This document shows, one piece after another, positions 38,801-50,656 of a stretch of 64,000 nt of DNA (within the stretch, counting starts at the first letter, position 1; each line of letters opens with the position of its first letter). Position numbers and translations under genes: made by a program. The notes under the pieces were generated by a model, which saw only the letters and a program-made list of their open reading frames with translations, was not told where the DNA came from and searched no databases. This DNA comes from Chara braunii (Eukaryota; Plantae; Charophyceae): NCBI GenBank assembly GCA_003427395.1, contig BFEA01000019.1, positions 985,431 to 1,049,430 of the forward strand, written 5' to 3'.

Positions 38801-39013
38801 GTAGATTGTTGTAATTATCGATCTTGAAAGAGCAATGCCTAGTAAGCGCGAGTTATCAGCTCGCACTGATCACGTCCCTGCCCTTTGTACACACCGTCGT
38901 CGCTCCTACTGATTGAATGGTCCGGTGAAGTGACTGGATCGTGGTGATGTCGGCGGTTTGCCACTGGGGGTGTTGTGGAAAGTTCATTGAACCTTATCAT
39001 TTAGAGGGAGAAG
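38801..39013 (+). pseudogene. 18S rRNA 3'-region fragment captured in LTR1
   Basis: AATGCCTAGTAAGCGCGAGT.ATCAGCTCGC...CGTCCCTGCCCTTTGTACACACCG...GCTCCTAC.GATTGAATGGTCCGGTGAAGTG...GAACCTTATCATTTAGAGG is the eukaryotic SSU rRNA 3' region around helix 44. Confidence 0.95.
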
Positions 39014-39700
39014 AAGAACGAGAAGAAGGAGAAGGAGGGGGAGAGAGAGACAACGAAGGGAAAGTGGAAGGAAGAATACGACAACGACGACGCTGACGAC
39101 GACGACGAAGACTGACGACGAAGACCGACGACGGTGACGACGGCGACGAGGAAGAGAGAACATGTAAGCGTTCAATCTCACAGCTTACCTCATGGTACTT
39201 CCATCGATAGAATAAAAAAAATAAAAAAAAAAAAAAAAAAAAAAAGAATGAATCTTCCGCTAGAACGTGGATATATACACTACCGCATACTACACATATG
39301 TGTGTATGTGAATGTGTGTGAGAGAGAGAGAGAGAGTACTTCGATCGATTCATTGGGCAAAGGCCGCGGCTGGCCTCGCGCAACCTCCATCGAAAGGATG
39401 ACCAAAACCAATCGAATCTTTCACTATAACGTCGAAATATTCACTACTACATGTGGGTGGGTGAGCGAAATAGATCGAATCTTCTACTGCAACGTCGGAA
39501 TGTTCACTACTACACTTGTGCGTGTGTGTGTGTGTGAGTGAGAGAGAGAGAGAAAGAAGAGAGAGAGAGGGAAAGAAGAGGGAGGAGAGGAGTCGCACTT
39601 TGGTTCTTGGGTACACGTGGCAACTGTGTGCATGGGAAAGAGGTTGTGAGTGGTGTGAGAAACATACCTGGTGATGATGCGTGCGGCATTGGCCGTGACC

Positions 39701-39738
39701 CTGTCTCTTATACACATCTAGATGTGTATAAGAGACAG
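39701..39738. other. Nextera mate-pair junction adapter (two Tn5 mosaic ends); assembly artefact
   Basis: Exact CTGTCTCTTATACACATCT+AGATGTGTATAAGAGACAG, flanked by an exact 183-bp duplication (39518-39700 = 39739-39921). Absent from LTR2. Confidence 0.98.
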
Positions 39739-40214
39739 GTGCGTGTGTGTGTGTGTGAGTGAGAGAGAGAGAGAAAGAAGAGAGAGAGAGGGAAAGAAGA
39801 GGGAGGAGAGGAGTCGCACTTTGGTTCTTGGGTACACGTGGCAACTGTGTGCATGGGAAAGAGGTTGTGAGTGGTGTGAGAAACATACCTGGTGATGATG
39901 CGTGCGGCATTGGCCGTGACCTGCTCGTACTTCGGAAGAGTTATTGTCGTCATCATTCGGTGTTGTAGTAGTAGGCGAGATAGGATCTGCCATCTCTAGT
40001 CTGGAGCCGAACGCCAGGTAGGATGTCGTCATTGGTTCTTGTGATGATGATGAGACTATGTCGGCATTGTCAATTGTGAGTTTTTGCTATGCTCTTATTT
40101 GGTGGGACTCGTGATGCAATGCTGCATTTGGTTCGAGGTTACCACTATCTGGTCACATGTGTATAATGTTGTTGATCTCTGAAGATCACCGTCGGTCATT
40201 TTTTTTTTTTCTTG

Positions 40215-40286
<72 letters not shown>

Positions 40287-40705
40287 GTGCATGGTAATCT
40301 TGGGTACACGTAGCATCTGTGTGGGATCGAGGTTGTGAGTGATACGAGGGACATACCTGGTGTTAAAGGTGATCGACATTGGTCGAGATCTGCTCGTACG
40401 TCGGAAAGCTGTTGACGTCACCTGTGGCATTGTAGTATAGGCTAGATAGGATCTGCCATCTGTAGTCTGGGCGCAGAGCGCCAGATAGGATATTGACATT
40501 GGTTCTGTGTTGATGATGATGGGACTATGCCAGCATTGTCAATTATGAGTTTTTGCTTTGCTGTCATTTGGTGGGACACGTAATGCAATTTTGTTTTTGG
40601 TTCAAGGTCACGACTATCTGGTGATATGTGTATGATGCTGTTTGATTTCTGAAGTTCGATATCTCTCAATTTCCTTGTTTTTTCTTTTATTATTACTATT
40701 ATTAC

Positions 40706-40754
<49 letters not shown>

Positions 40755-41489
40755 TTATTATTGCTATTTCTACGATCAGACTTGCTTTCTTCCTTACTTC
40801 ACATGCATGCAAACCGACGACACGCCAAACTGGCGCCAAAACTGGCGACAAAAGCTCAAACTCAAAGCTCATAGATATGAGAGATAAGAACACAGGTCCA
40901 TTACAAGTTCATTGCAGACGAATATGGTGCCACAGCGCCCCAACATATCACTATTCGCACACACAGGATCACCCTGGATACCCCACACGCAACACTCTGC
41001 TTACAAACACACACACACGATGTACCTCACACTGCACTACACCTACAGCTATACCTAAGCTCTTCTTCAGCCGCTGCACTCTCCGGGCATTTGCAGACCA
41101 CCGTTGCACAAGCCGCTGTAGCAGCGCTTCCGCATGGCTTACGCAGGAATGAATGAATGGCTTGGCGCTGCATCTTGATGTATGCTTCTGTTTGGTACTG
41201 GCATGCCCTTTCCATTGGCCCTGAGTGCCCACAGTCCCATACGGTACTTGCTTGACTGGGCTTGGACTGACTAGGATGTACCGTTGACTCAGTGCAGTCA
41301 CACTGCTAACCTACCAGGGAGAGCCTACGCACCTTCCATCCGAGTGCAGACAGACAGACAGACAAACAGACAAACAAACAGACAGACAAACAGACAGGCA
41401 GGGTAATAGGTAGTGGGAATGTGTGCGTGCGTGCTTGCAATCGCATGTGTTTTGTCGTGTTTGCTATACGAAATTCCACAAACAAAGCT

Positions 41490-42290
41490 TGACTGTGTGT
41501 GTGAGAGAGAGACACACAAAGACACAGACACGAAGAGACACACAGACACAGGCACAAAGAGATACACACAGACAATGTGACATACGTAGTGTCACACACG
41601 CAGACACAGTGTCACGCACATTGTGACACAAATACACAGTGAGACACAACGCACACACATAGTCACACCGACACACATACACAGTAACGCAGGTACAGTC
41701 ACACACACTGTCATACTGTGACAGACACGCATACACGCTGTGACAAACAACGCATGCACAGTGACACACAAATAAATGTTGTGACACGGACAGATGTTGT
41801 GACACACACAGCTAGATGTCATGACACAGACATATACAGTGACATGCACAGATAAATATTGTGACACACAAACAATGTGACAGTCACGCAAGCACAAAAA
41901 CACAGCGACACAGACTGTGACATATACAGTGACGCATACACAGTGGACACACGTGCACAGTCCCAGTCACGCACACACACACACACACAGATACAGTGTG
42001 ATACACACACAAAATACTGTGAAAGTCACACAGTCACGCATTGACACACAGTCACACAATGTCCAACACGCATCCATAGTGAAACACACACACGGTCACA
42101 CGGTGACACATACGCAAGTGACACAGACACTGTGACAGACACAGTGTCACACATTGTGACACATGTACAGACACTGTGGTACATACACAAATACAATGGC
42201 ACACAGTCACACAGTGACACATGGTCACACAATGATACAAAGTCACACAATGACGCACAGTCACACAGTGGCACTTAGACACAGGGGTTT
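41490..42290 (+). repeat. Cryptic (CA)-rich GTGACAC/GTCACAC low-complexity repeat in LTR1 (also ~54970-55790)
   Basis: Seen directly. It is the source of the Cys/Val-rich spurious ORFs. Confidence 0.9.
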
Positions 42291-42314
42291 TTCTGAGGGA
42301 GTAAGCCAGCGAGG

Positions 42315-43110
42315 ATAATAAGAGGAGCAAGGTCCCAAGAGACCTGCCTTATCGCCTAAGCCCGCTTAAGTGAGAAAAGTAAGCGATCAGAGGAGCGAGG
42401 CTCCCAGAAGCCTGCCTTGTCACAATAAAGGCACGAACGGTATGATAAGAGTAGCAAGGCTCCGAGAAGCCTGCCTTATTACCAACCAGTCGTGCGTCAA
42501 TGTAAGTGAGCGGCCTGCCTTATCGCAAATAAAGGCACGAACGGTGTGATAAGAGTAGCAAGGCTCCGAGAAGCCTGCCTTATTACCAACTAACCGTGCG
42601 TCAGTGCAAAAATGTGATAAGAGTAGCGACGCTCTGAGAAGTCTGCCTTATCACAATAATAACAAAGAACAACGTGATAAGAGTAGTGACGCTCCGAGAA
42701 ATCCTGCCTTATCACTATAATGACAAGAACAATGTGATAAGAGTAGCGGGACTCCGAGAAGCCTGCCTTATCACTATATTAACAAGAACAATGTGATAAG
42801 AGTAGCGAGGCTCCGGGAAGCCTGCCTTATAACTATAATGAGAAGGACAGTGTGATAATAGTAGCAAGGCTCCGAGAAGCCTGCCTTATCACACTAATAA
42901 CACGATATGATAAGAGTAGCAAGGCTCCGAGAAGTCTGCCTTATCACACTAATAACATGATGTGATAAGAGTAGCAAGACTCCGATAAGCCTGTCTTATT
43001 ACCTGCCAGTGGTGCTTTAATACGACAAAGCAGGAGGAGGAGCAAGACACCGAGATGCCTGGCCTATTGCCCAGCTGCATGGAGGAAGTGGTAGCCCGCC
43101 TTACTACCAT
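42315..43110 (+). repeat. Array of about 12 hairpin repeats (GTGATAAGAGTAGCAAGGCTCCGAGAAGCCTGCCTTATCAC) with variable spacers
   Basis: Units near 42317, 42385, 42443, 42548, 42616, 42676, 42736, 42795, 42854, 42909, 42964 and 43032. Confidence 0.93.
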
Positions 43111-44982
43111 CTGACCTTGATGTAATGCAAGACAGTAAATAGACGAAGCAAGGTCCTTGAAGTCTAACCTATCACAAGCAGACGCTCAGTGAAGATGAGT
43201 AGATTTTGAATGGTCTACCATACTATTACTAATCTTCTCGAGAGACAGGGAACGATGAAAGCCCTGAAAAGAGATCGATCCATTATTAACATATCACTTC
43301 CTGATTCAACTTAGGTGGAGGTAGAAGGAATGTGACCCCGTCTGACATGTCCTGCTACCTTAACCTATTGATAAATGTTTATCTTATGATTCTACTCCAT
43401 TTGAGATGGATGAAATCTTGTCTATGTATGTCTGGAGGGGAAAGTTTTGACAATGTTAACTCTATATTTTTTCTTCCTTTAGACGTCTATCTCTGGAAGC
43501 TGATCTGATGAGAAGTTAGAAAGGAAGCCTAAAGGGAGTTATGTCGATGTAGTATTATTCCTAACTAAATTGAAGTTCACTATATTGAACTTTAGATAGG
43601 GTTATGTCGATGGCAGAGAGGTATTGAGACCGTGTTGGCCTGTTTGTGATTGCAGGTCATCTTAAATCTTAAGAAGACTCACTATGAGTCTATGCAAGAC
43701 TATATGTTGTTGCCTTATGGTAACATGTCATCTTAAATTTCAAGAAGACTCACTATGAGTCTATGCAATACTATATATTGTTGCCTTATGGTAACAGGTT
43801 GGTTCACCAACTCAACCCTCACTCAACCTTTACACCCACACTTTGCATCAACCTTGTACTAAATGACGTTTTTGTTTCGGGTCATTTGTCTAAAGGGTTT
43901 GTGTTTGGTCAAAAGAGGTCCTTGAATGACTAAGTCGAAAAAAGAATGTCTGGTTAAAAGGTTTGGAAACGTAAGTGTGATGTGTGTGAAAGTGAATGAA
44001 TGGTTGACTCTGCTAGAATTGCGTGATGTGATTGACTCTTGTCTGCAGGTCAGTAAAACGACCAACCACATGCTATTCACGGCAACCCATTGAGAAACTT
44101 ATGGTATCCTGGGCCTTGATCCAGATGTTCCATCAGTGAGCGATTGGTTTGAGTACCGAGCTCTTGCGCTTTTTTCCTGATCGTTAGGAATATTATGATT
44201 ATTGCTAAGGAGACAAACCTTATTCATTTCATGTTCATTTCATTTGTACATGTTTAAAAGGTCAATGATCTATGTTTTCCCTTGATGAATTCAAACTGTT
44301 TATATGAATGTGTTACGTGTATGTGACATCTCCTCGCCTAATTACTCAGCCTTATCTCACTTCACATGTATGTATGCTAAGGTCAAAGGGTTTTTATAGA
44401 GAGATATGTGGAATGGACTTAATCACTAGGTAGGATGGGTATGTGTCTTATGCGCAACCCCTGATAATTGAAGTATTGAGAGGGATCCCGCTTTGAAAAG
44501 GAGATAGGTTATGAGTCATACCTATAGAAACTATTTCTAGGCAAATCGTAGTATGCGCGAACGGTCGTCAGTCGAGTCGACCTGATTGGTAAGTCGGTCC
44601 GGGAGATCAACGTCTCGATGCCCGACGCGTATACGGGTCGGTGTTAGGCGTTCAACCGAGCGTATGCCTATGCTACGACGATCGAGCAAACGCACTCGGA
44701 TGACTTACCTCTGCGATTGCAAGTAAAAGCCTTCGCACGAGAGTCAGTTGCTCAACAGGGATACGCCCACCTAAGGGATGGTGACAGCTCTGACAGGTGG
44801 AGGAGAGTTGTACATCGCGGGGTCTCTGTCCTGTCGTAGGGAGTCGCGAGAGGTATAGCAGGTGCGCACGGTCGGAGTTAGTCTTACTCTGAAACGGTTC
44901 TAAAACTCCTGCGTAATGCGACCGTGAGGTCCGACATTAAAATTATTTTACGTCTGGGTGTGGGACCGCCGCGCCCGACAGG

Positions 44983-45000
44983 TGGCGCCGTTGCTGGGGA
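44983..45000 (+). promoter_or_regulatory. Primer-binding site complementary to the tRNA-Asp 3' end
   Basis: TGGCGCCGTTGCTGGGGA lies 2 nt after the LTR's CA. It is complementary to plant tRNA-Asp ...TCCCCGGCAACGGCGCCA, the PBS type known from Athila-like Ty3/gypsy elements. Confidence 0.92.
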
Positions 45001-46045
45001 TCTCGCTTTCCAACCGAGGTCCTGAGTGAATGGACTCGGGCAATGGTAAAACGATGATCACGGCAAAATGATAACCTTTAAATGAGCTAACGTAAGTTAT
45101 GATGTATGAGTTGAATTACCGTAGGTTAGACACTTATAATTTTTCACGCATGAAAGAAGTGTGAGGTCACGTCGGCAATGCCAATAGATATCGCATTGCT
45201 CGGTGGGTCGACTACCTACCAAGGTCCATAGAAAATAAACTATGACATAGGACAGTAAGAAGTCAAGGCAAACGACGACTAGTGAATATAACACATTTAA
45301 AAAATGTATAAATTATAAATGATCTAAAGAAGATATCTATACTAGGTATTTTATCGTCATAACTCGATAGCTTACTCTGCACTTTTGTCTATATTTATCT
45401 TCTGTCAACTGAAGTTGTTGGGAGGTTAACACGTCTTTCCTTGTTTGTATCCCTATAGTCATATCTAAGTTGTAAGGTTATGTCAAAGTTTCATGCCTTG
45501 TCAAGTTGAACTATCTTTTCAAATATGTTGCTCACCACCTTAGAAGGTAGAAAACTCTCTACATCCTTGGTTTATATCGATAGTAGGGGCAACGAGATAA
45601 CTTGTATATTGTAAACTTCATAGGTCATATGGCATAATTTTTTCGCGCTTAATTACTTAGAAGGAATCGCTACGAGTTACTTAATTTTCTTTTCCTTGAA
45701 TTTTTATACGAAATAAGGAGCACTCGGTCATATGATTATTTTACGCTCTTATGCCTTATGACCCAATGTGATCTGTTGATGTCAAGCGAGTCAGTAGCGG
45801 AAAGTGAGATTGAGGATGCAAGGATGAAAGAAAGGAACCTTTAGAAGAAGGTGGCATGGTAGTCATCAAAACATGATATGAGAGATGTCGCAACTACAAG
45901 ATGACGCATAATTCTTTATGCCGTCAAGTCATGTTGTTCAACACATCGTGTGATTTCTACATCTTTATCCATCTTTGTTTAAATCATCAGTTGAATGTTC
46001 ATGTTAGCAGTAAGTTGTTATACTATATTCCTATTAAATATTAAA

Positions 46046-46453
46046 TATAAGCGGTTAACGGGGAGCCCCACTTTTCGGCCCTGAGTAACTATGAATGATC
46101 TTGCAATTAGGGTTTCGGGGTTAAATTTTGTGTTTTTTTGAAATTTTGTTTTTTACCTGTTTTTGTTTTTGGACAAGCTTGCTGTGTGTCAAATTTTATG
46201 TCATTAGGGTTATCAAAATTTGTGTTGTTGATCATCCTTAAAATCCTGAAATTTCGATGAATTATTTTTTGGCAAAATGGCATGAAAATGCACTTTTGAT
46301 GTGCTGTTTTATGTGTTTTTATTTTTTTAATTTTTTTATATAATGTGTTAGTAAGAAGTGCACTCTATACATTGGTGTGGAGTTTACTTGAAATGGCCTT
46401 ATGGGTTTCTTATAAATTGAGGTGAAAAATGGGGGGTCAGTTAACCGGCTCGC
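46046..46453 (+). mobile_element. Non-autonomous DNA transposon (GGTTAAC-terminus family), present only in internal copy 1
   Basis: The empty site in copy 2 is CCTATTAGACTG (~59802). Here the termini are TATAAGCGGTTAAC...GTTAACCGGCTCGC, with decayed TSD CTATTAAA/CTAGTAGA. Confidence 0.85.
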
Positions 46454-49400
46454 CTAGTAGACTATAGGCAGCATTGACACTTCCGACGGAGGATCATCTC
46501 GATAATATTACGTTGATATGCTTTCAAACCACCCGTATGCAAGTTTAATTATCATCTTTGACATTATCTTTTGCCTTGATTTGAGTCTTGTCACCTGTTT
46601 GAATTGTTATCTTGATAGGTCTTTTATCTATTGCTTAATCTAGAATGTCATTGACAGATTTCCAAGTAGGATAACATTATATCTCCTGCTCACTATCCTA
46701 TGTATATCCTCAATGCACTTTACATCTATTATGATAGTTGTAGCATCATGATTGTTCCTAATAAGTTGAGACTATTAGAGTTAATTGGAGTACTAAATCG
46801 TAACGTCTACCCCTCGTGAGAACGTTATATCTCCTCAAACTTTGGTTATGAGCGACCCGATGACTGACCACGATGCCTCAACTTCGACCATAATGAGTTC
46901 AAATGTTGATTGTCCTTAGCTAGCCTGACTAAAGCGCTTGTTCTAATAAGACTTAAACATGTGATCCGGGTCGCTGTCAGAAGTATAAGAGGAACTGAAT
47001 CTCCTCAACGTCTCGTCATTTTATTACCTGCTTTGAGTAACGGGAAGGAATTCTGGTGAGATAAGGAAAGAAAGGGATGATATGTACCTTTAGTTTCCCT
47101 TTGAGATTTAATAATGTACTTGAATGTCGAATAAGTATTCTAAGTCTCTGAAAACGGGATATAGTTGTTAGGCTACCTAGTTAAAGGCTACGTGTGTTTG
47201 CGAGGTCATTTGTCAAAGAGTCAGAGTACAAAATTATAAATGAAACTAACCCTAATAATTCATTGCTTGGATAGTCTAACTAAATCCTCAAATTCTTGAA
47301 GTTATATGTTATAGGTCTTAATGATAGACTCGGTTTCTCGATGGTTGTCTAACTTTTAAGGTTGTATCGTGTGGCGTATGAATTTGTGATTATCTGCTTG
47401 AGATAAGTGTCATCTCTAAGACCCTACTTAATATGGTCTGATGATGAAGGTATTTACTGAACATTTGACTAGTTCGTGAAAATGTAATAATTAAAAGTTA
47501 TGCTCTTTTGTATGATTGGTGCATTTAAAAGGTAGTGAACGATTGTATGTCACGACTCATCAAAGTACGGAGAAGTCTTCGCATTTAGCATACATTTTTC
47601 AATAGGCAAGGTTGGGGTATATATGACATTGTACCCTTAGTAAACCCGATTATAGTCATATTGTGAAATAATATGACTAGATAAAATGGAATAAAGGGAA
47701 TGAAAATTGTGCTTGGTTGTCTTGACGGTTAGGGGTCGACTAATTACTAGAGATCTGATTAAAATATCATGCTAATAAAATCTTATTAATAAGGTTGCAT
47801 TTTTGAAGTATAATTTGACCCTAGAATATCATGTGATAAAAATTAATTATTTCATCATCCACTTAATGACTAACTAATCATCAGGGACGAATAATATGGC
47901 AAGCGCAATATTAGGTCACCTACTTGAAGAATATGTGTTCGTTTGAGGTTGTATAGGATAAAGCATGATAATGAATTAGCTTTAGGAGTCATTGCATAAA
48001 GAGTTTGATTATATTTATCTGGTTCTTGAAGCTATATGAATAGACTCAGACTTTTAACGATTGGTTAAGCGTTGCAAATTGTATCATGATAAAATATGAG
48101 GCTATATACTTAAATAACTATCTTTAATAATACGATACTCAATAAAATCAAAGTAGTGTCCACTTGAGGGTTATCCAACTCCTCGAAATTACAGTACTAT
48201 ATAAAGATTTAAAACTACTTATTCCCACTATGGACAATGTGTATGACTTTGTATGACTGAATGTATACGGGAATGAATGATACATGTTTTAAGTGATGTA
48301 TCATTATATGTTTTGTTTTTGTTGGGTGAAGTTATAATTTGTTCTGAATATATATATTTATTAATTGTTTGGTGATTGTTTGTGTCTGTCTGGACGTGTT
48401 TGTGAATTGCTCTCCTTAATAAGGATAGAAAAGTTGTATGAAATTCACGTTGGGCATGGGACCGAAGGTGAATGGAGTGACCAACCTTTGAAGAGAATAA
48501 ATTCTCTCAAGGGAGGTCAGCATGCAGAATATGTCCTTTCGAGAATTGCAACGTTGATTGATACAATTGCCTGATAGACTTTAAGAGGGTATAGTTAAGT
48601 CTTGTAGGCGGTAGTGAGACTCACGCCGGAACAATGTTCCTGGTCCATAGTGAGGTGTTGTCATTTTGTCTTATATAGGAAAGATGACTACACTATCGTC
48701 GAAAGGGAGGAAGGTGTTCAAGACCTTGCTTGAAGTTTGACAGTGAGTGAGACAACTACTACTTAGTCTGAGCACGCTTGGAGTGGTAGCCCAAGCGGGG
48801 TTCATGCTAGGTGGGTCCACCACACCCTGAAAAGGTATGGTATTACCAACCAGCCTTTAGACGAGTGTGAATGGGGTTGTCTGATTGTGCTCGATGTGGT
48901 CATCCAGGTACAAGCGCTGAAATCGGAGGAAGATGTGGTGAGGCTTAGTCCTAGAAGCGGGGCTCGGGATCTGAGATGTTATCCTTTTGATTGGATTACA
49001 CCACCCCTCGACACTGTATACCCCTGTTAAGCATGAAGGAGTAAAATATCTTATGTCATCATTATTATTGTCATTGTAACTTCACTGGAATTTGTTCTTG
49101 TGAAGTCACAAATGTGACAATTGTTCTCATTGTTAATAAGGTTACCAATTGATGTTTGTTTGAATTATGACTGAATGTTTTAATATTATGATTATTATTG
49201 TTTATTTTTCTTACGGTTTTGAGCATTTTTTTTATATCTTGAGTTATATTCCTTATTTATGGCAGGAGAATGTCATTTACACTGGTATTGTGACGTTTCG
49301 TAAAAAACAGGGGGAAAACCCTGCGTACAGTAACGAGTTGTTGTGACATGTTTTTTCATTTGAGATATCAATCTAGATCATGGAGTGTGGTTCCATTTTT

Positions 49401-50583
49401 ATGATTGTCGTCAAAAGGGTTTAATCCCTTTGACCAACTTCAACTTAATACTCAAATCCGAGTATTATGTGTATATTCGTGCAGTACATTATCGAAGGCA
49501 AAACCTCGATAGGAGTCAGTATGACGGCGACCTAATTTAAGTTTGAATCTTAGAAATTATTTTGGATCCTCAGATTATTAATATAATTGGGCAGACACGA
49601 TAAGTGTCCTGTTTGGAAAGACATCAAAGACATATGTTAAAAAAACGTCGCTCATTCCTCTATGGGGTTAGTTTAAGATAAGTCTATGAGATCGAAATGA
49701 GGAACTCAATCGGAAATGATGATGTTTTGAAAGATATATTTGCATCGATGGTAAAGTGGAAGTCAATATTTTCATTTGGGATATGGGACAATTCTATATA
49801 TTTTGAATGATCCCCGAGACGTGTGTCTGACCGAGCTGTGATCGAGACTTGGAGGACACGATCCCTAAGTGGCAACCTAACGATGGTCCTTGTTCATCCT
49901 CTGAGTGGCAACTGGACGATGAAAATTTTATTTTTATGGTTTTGGAATGAACATCGTTCATCCATGAAGTGGCAACCTAACAAGGATGAAAATATTTTTG
50001 ATGATGATGTTTTCGGTGTATATTGAATTGAACATCGTTCATCCACTTCAGGAGGTCAGTCTGAGGGACTGAAGTTACCAAGCCTATGGTGAAAATTTGG
50101 CATCATTGGGACGTAACTCCCAGCATGGGCTACTGACCAAGTATAACCAGTCAGCAGACCTTACGGTTTTGGCCTGAAGTTGAAACCTGAAGGGTGACCG
50201 CTCTAATGAAGGAATCGACTCAGGTAGTTATCGGAGGGGTCGAATGTAGTCTTTGAAATATATGTGAAATTTTTTATGATAGGATTTACCCGTCATTGTG
50301 CAACCAATACGGGGACCACTGTTAATATGACAACATAGTGGGCCGCATATCTGGCCTGATCAACCGGACTGTGGTGGGTTAAGACCAGGACTGCCGATCC
50401 CCTCGTATTAGACTTCAGGTGGGACGGTAATATGGTTTGGTTGAGACCCGCGTCCAAAGGGTCAGATTCTCTGGCTCTATGGACAACCAACGAGGGTTTG
50501 GGAAGAAAGTCTAAAGGTACGGAAAAAATGAGCATTGACTCTCTTGATAATTTTCACCGTTGTAGTACAAATTCAAGATCCCC

Positions 50584-50656
50584 ACCATTGGTTCATTCAG
50601 TTTGGGTTGGGGGGTTCGGTATGTGGGAGACCCGGGTTAGAATCCCGACAATGGTA
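50584..50656 (+). pseudogene. tRNA-Asp/Glu-like sequence near the 3' end of the internal region
   Basis: 73 nt long, with a 7-bp acceptor stem ACCATTG/CAATGGT and T arm CGGG-TTAGAAT-CCCG. The 3' half resembles plant tRNA-Asp/Glu GACCCGGGTTCGA.CCCGGCAACGG. D and anticodon arms are decayed. Confidence 0.6.

Larger units (their letters stand above)
37266..44980 (+). mobile_element. LTR1 of a giant-LTR retroelement (~7.7 kb as assembled)
   Basis: TGTCAG...CCGACA termini. Full-length direct repeat of 50907-58752, followed by a PBS. Confidence 0.9.

Noticed and set aside
38801-39013. Functional rRNA gene
   Set aside because: Only ~210 nt, mutated in the universally conserved ACACCGCCCGTC, with no ITS or upstream 18S.
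41306-42330. Cys/Val-rich ORFs (also 54780-55834)
   Set aside because: They are translations of the CA/TG low-complexity tract.
42315-43110. True CRISPR array (also 15140-15866 and the 82-bp satellite)
   Set aside because: The context is a eukaryotic TE with no cas genes. Spacers are irregular in length and partly related to each other. Reported as structured repeat arrays instead.
43506-43525. Hammerhead ribozyme (CTGATGA...GAAA), as in retrozymes
   Set aside because: No stem II or flanking helices, and the LTR2 copy lacks GAAA. The CTGATGA at ~22805 also fails.
46038-46457. Helitron (CTAG end) or TA-TSD mariner reading of the insertion
   Set aside because: The termini match the 8-bp-TSD GGTTAAC family, and the CTAG belongs to the decayed TSD.
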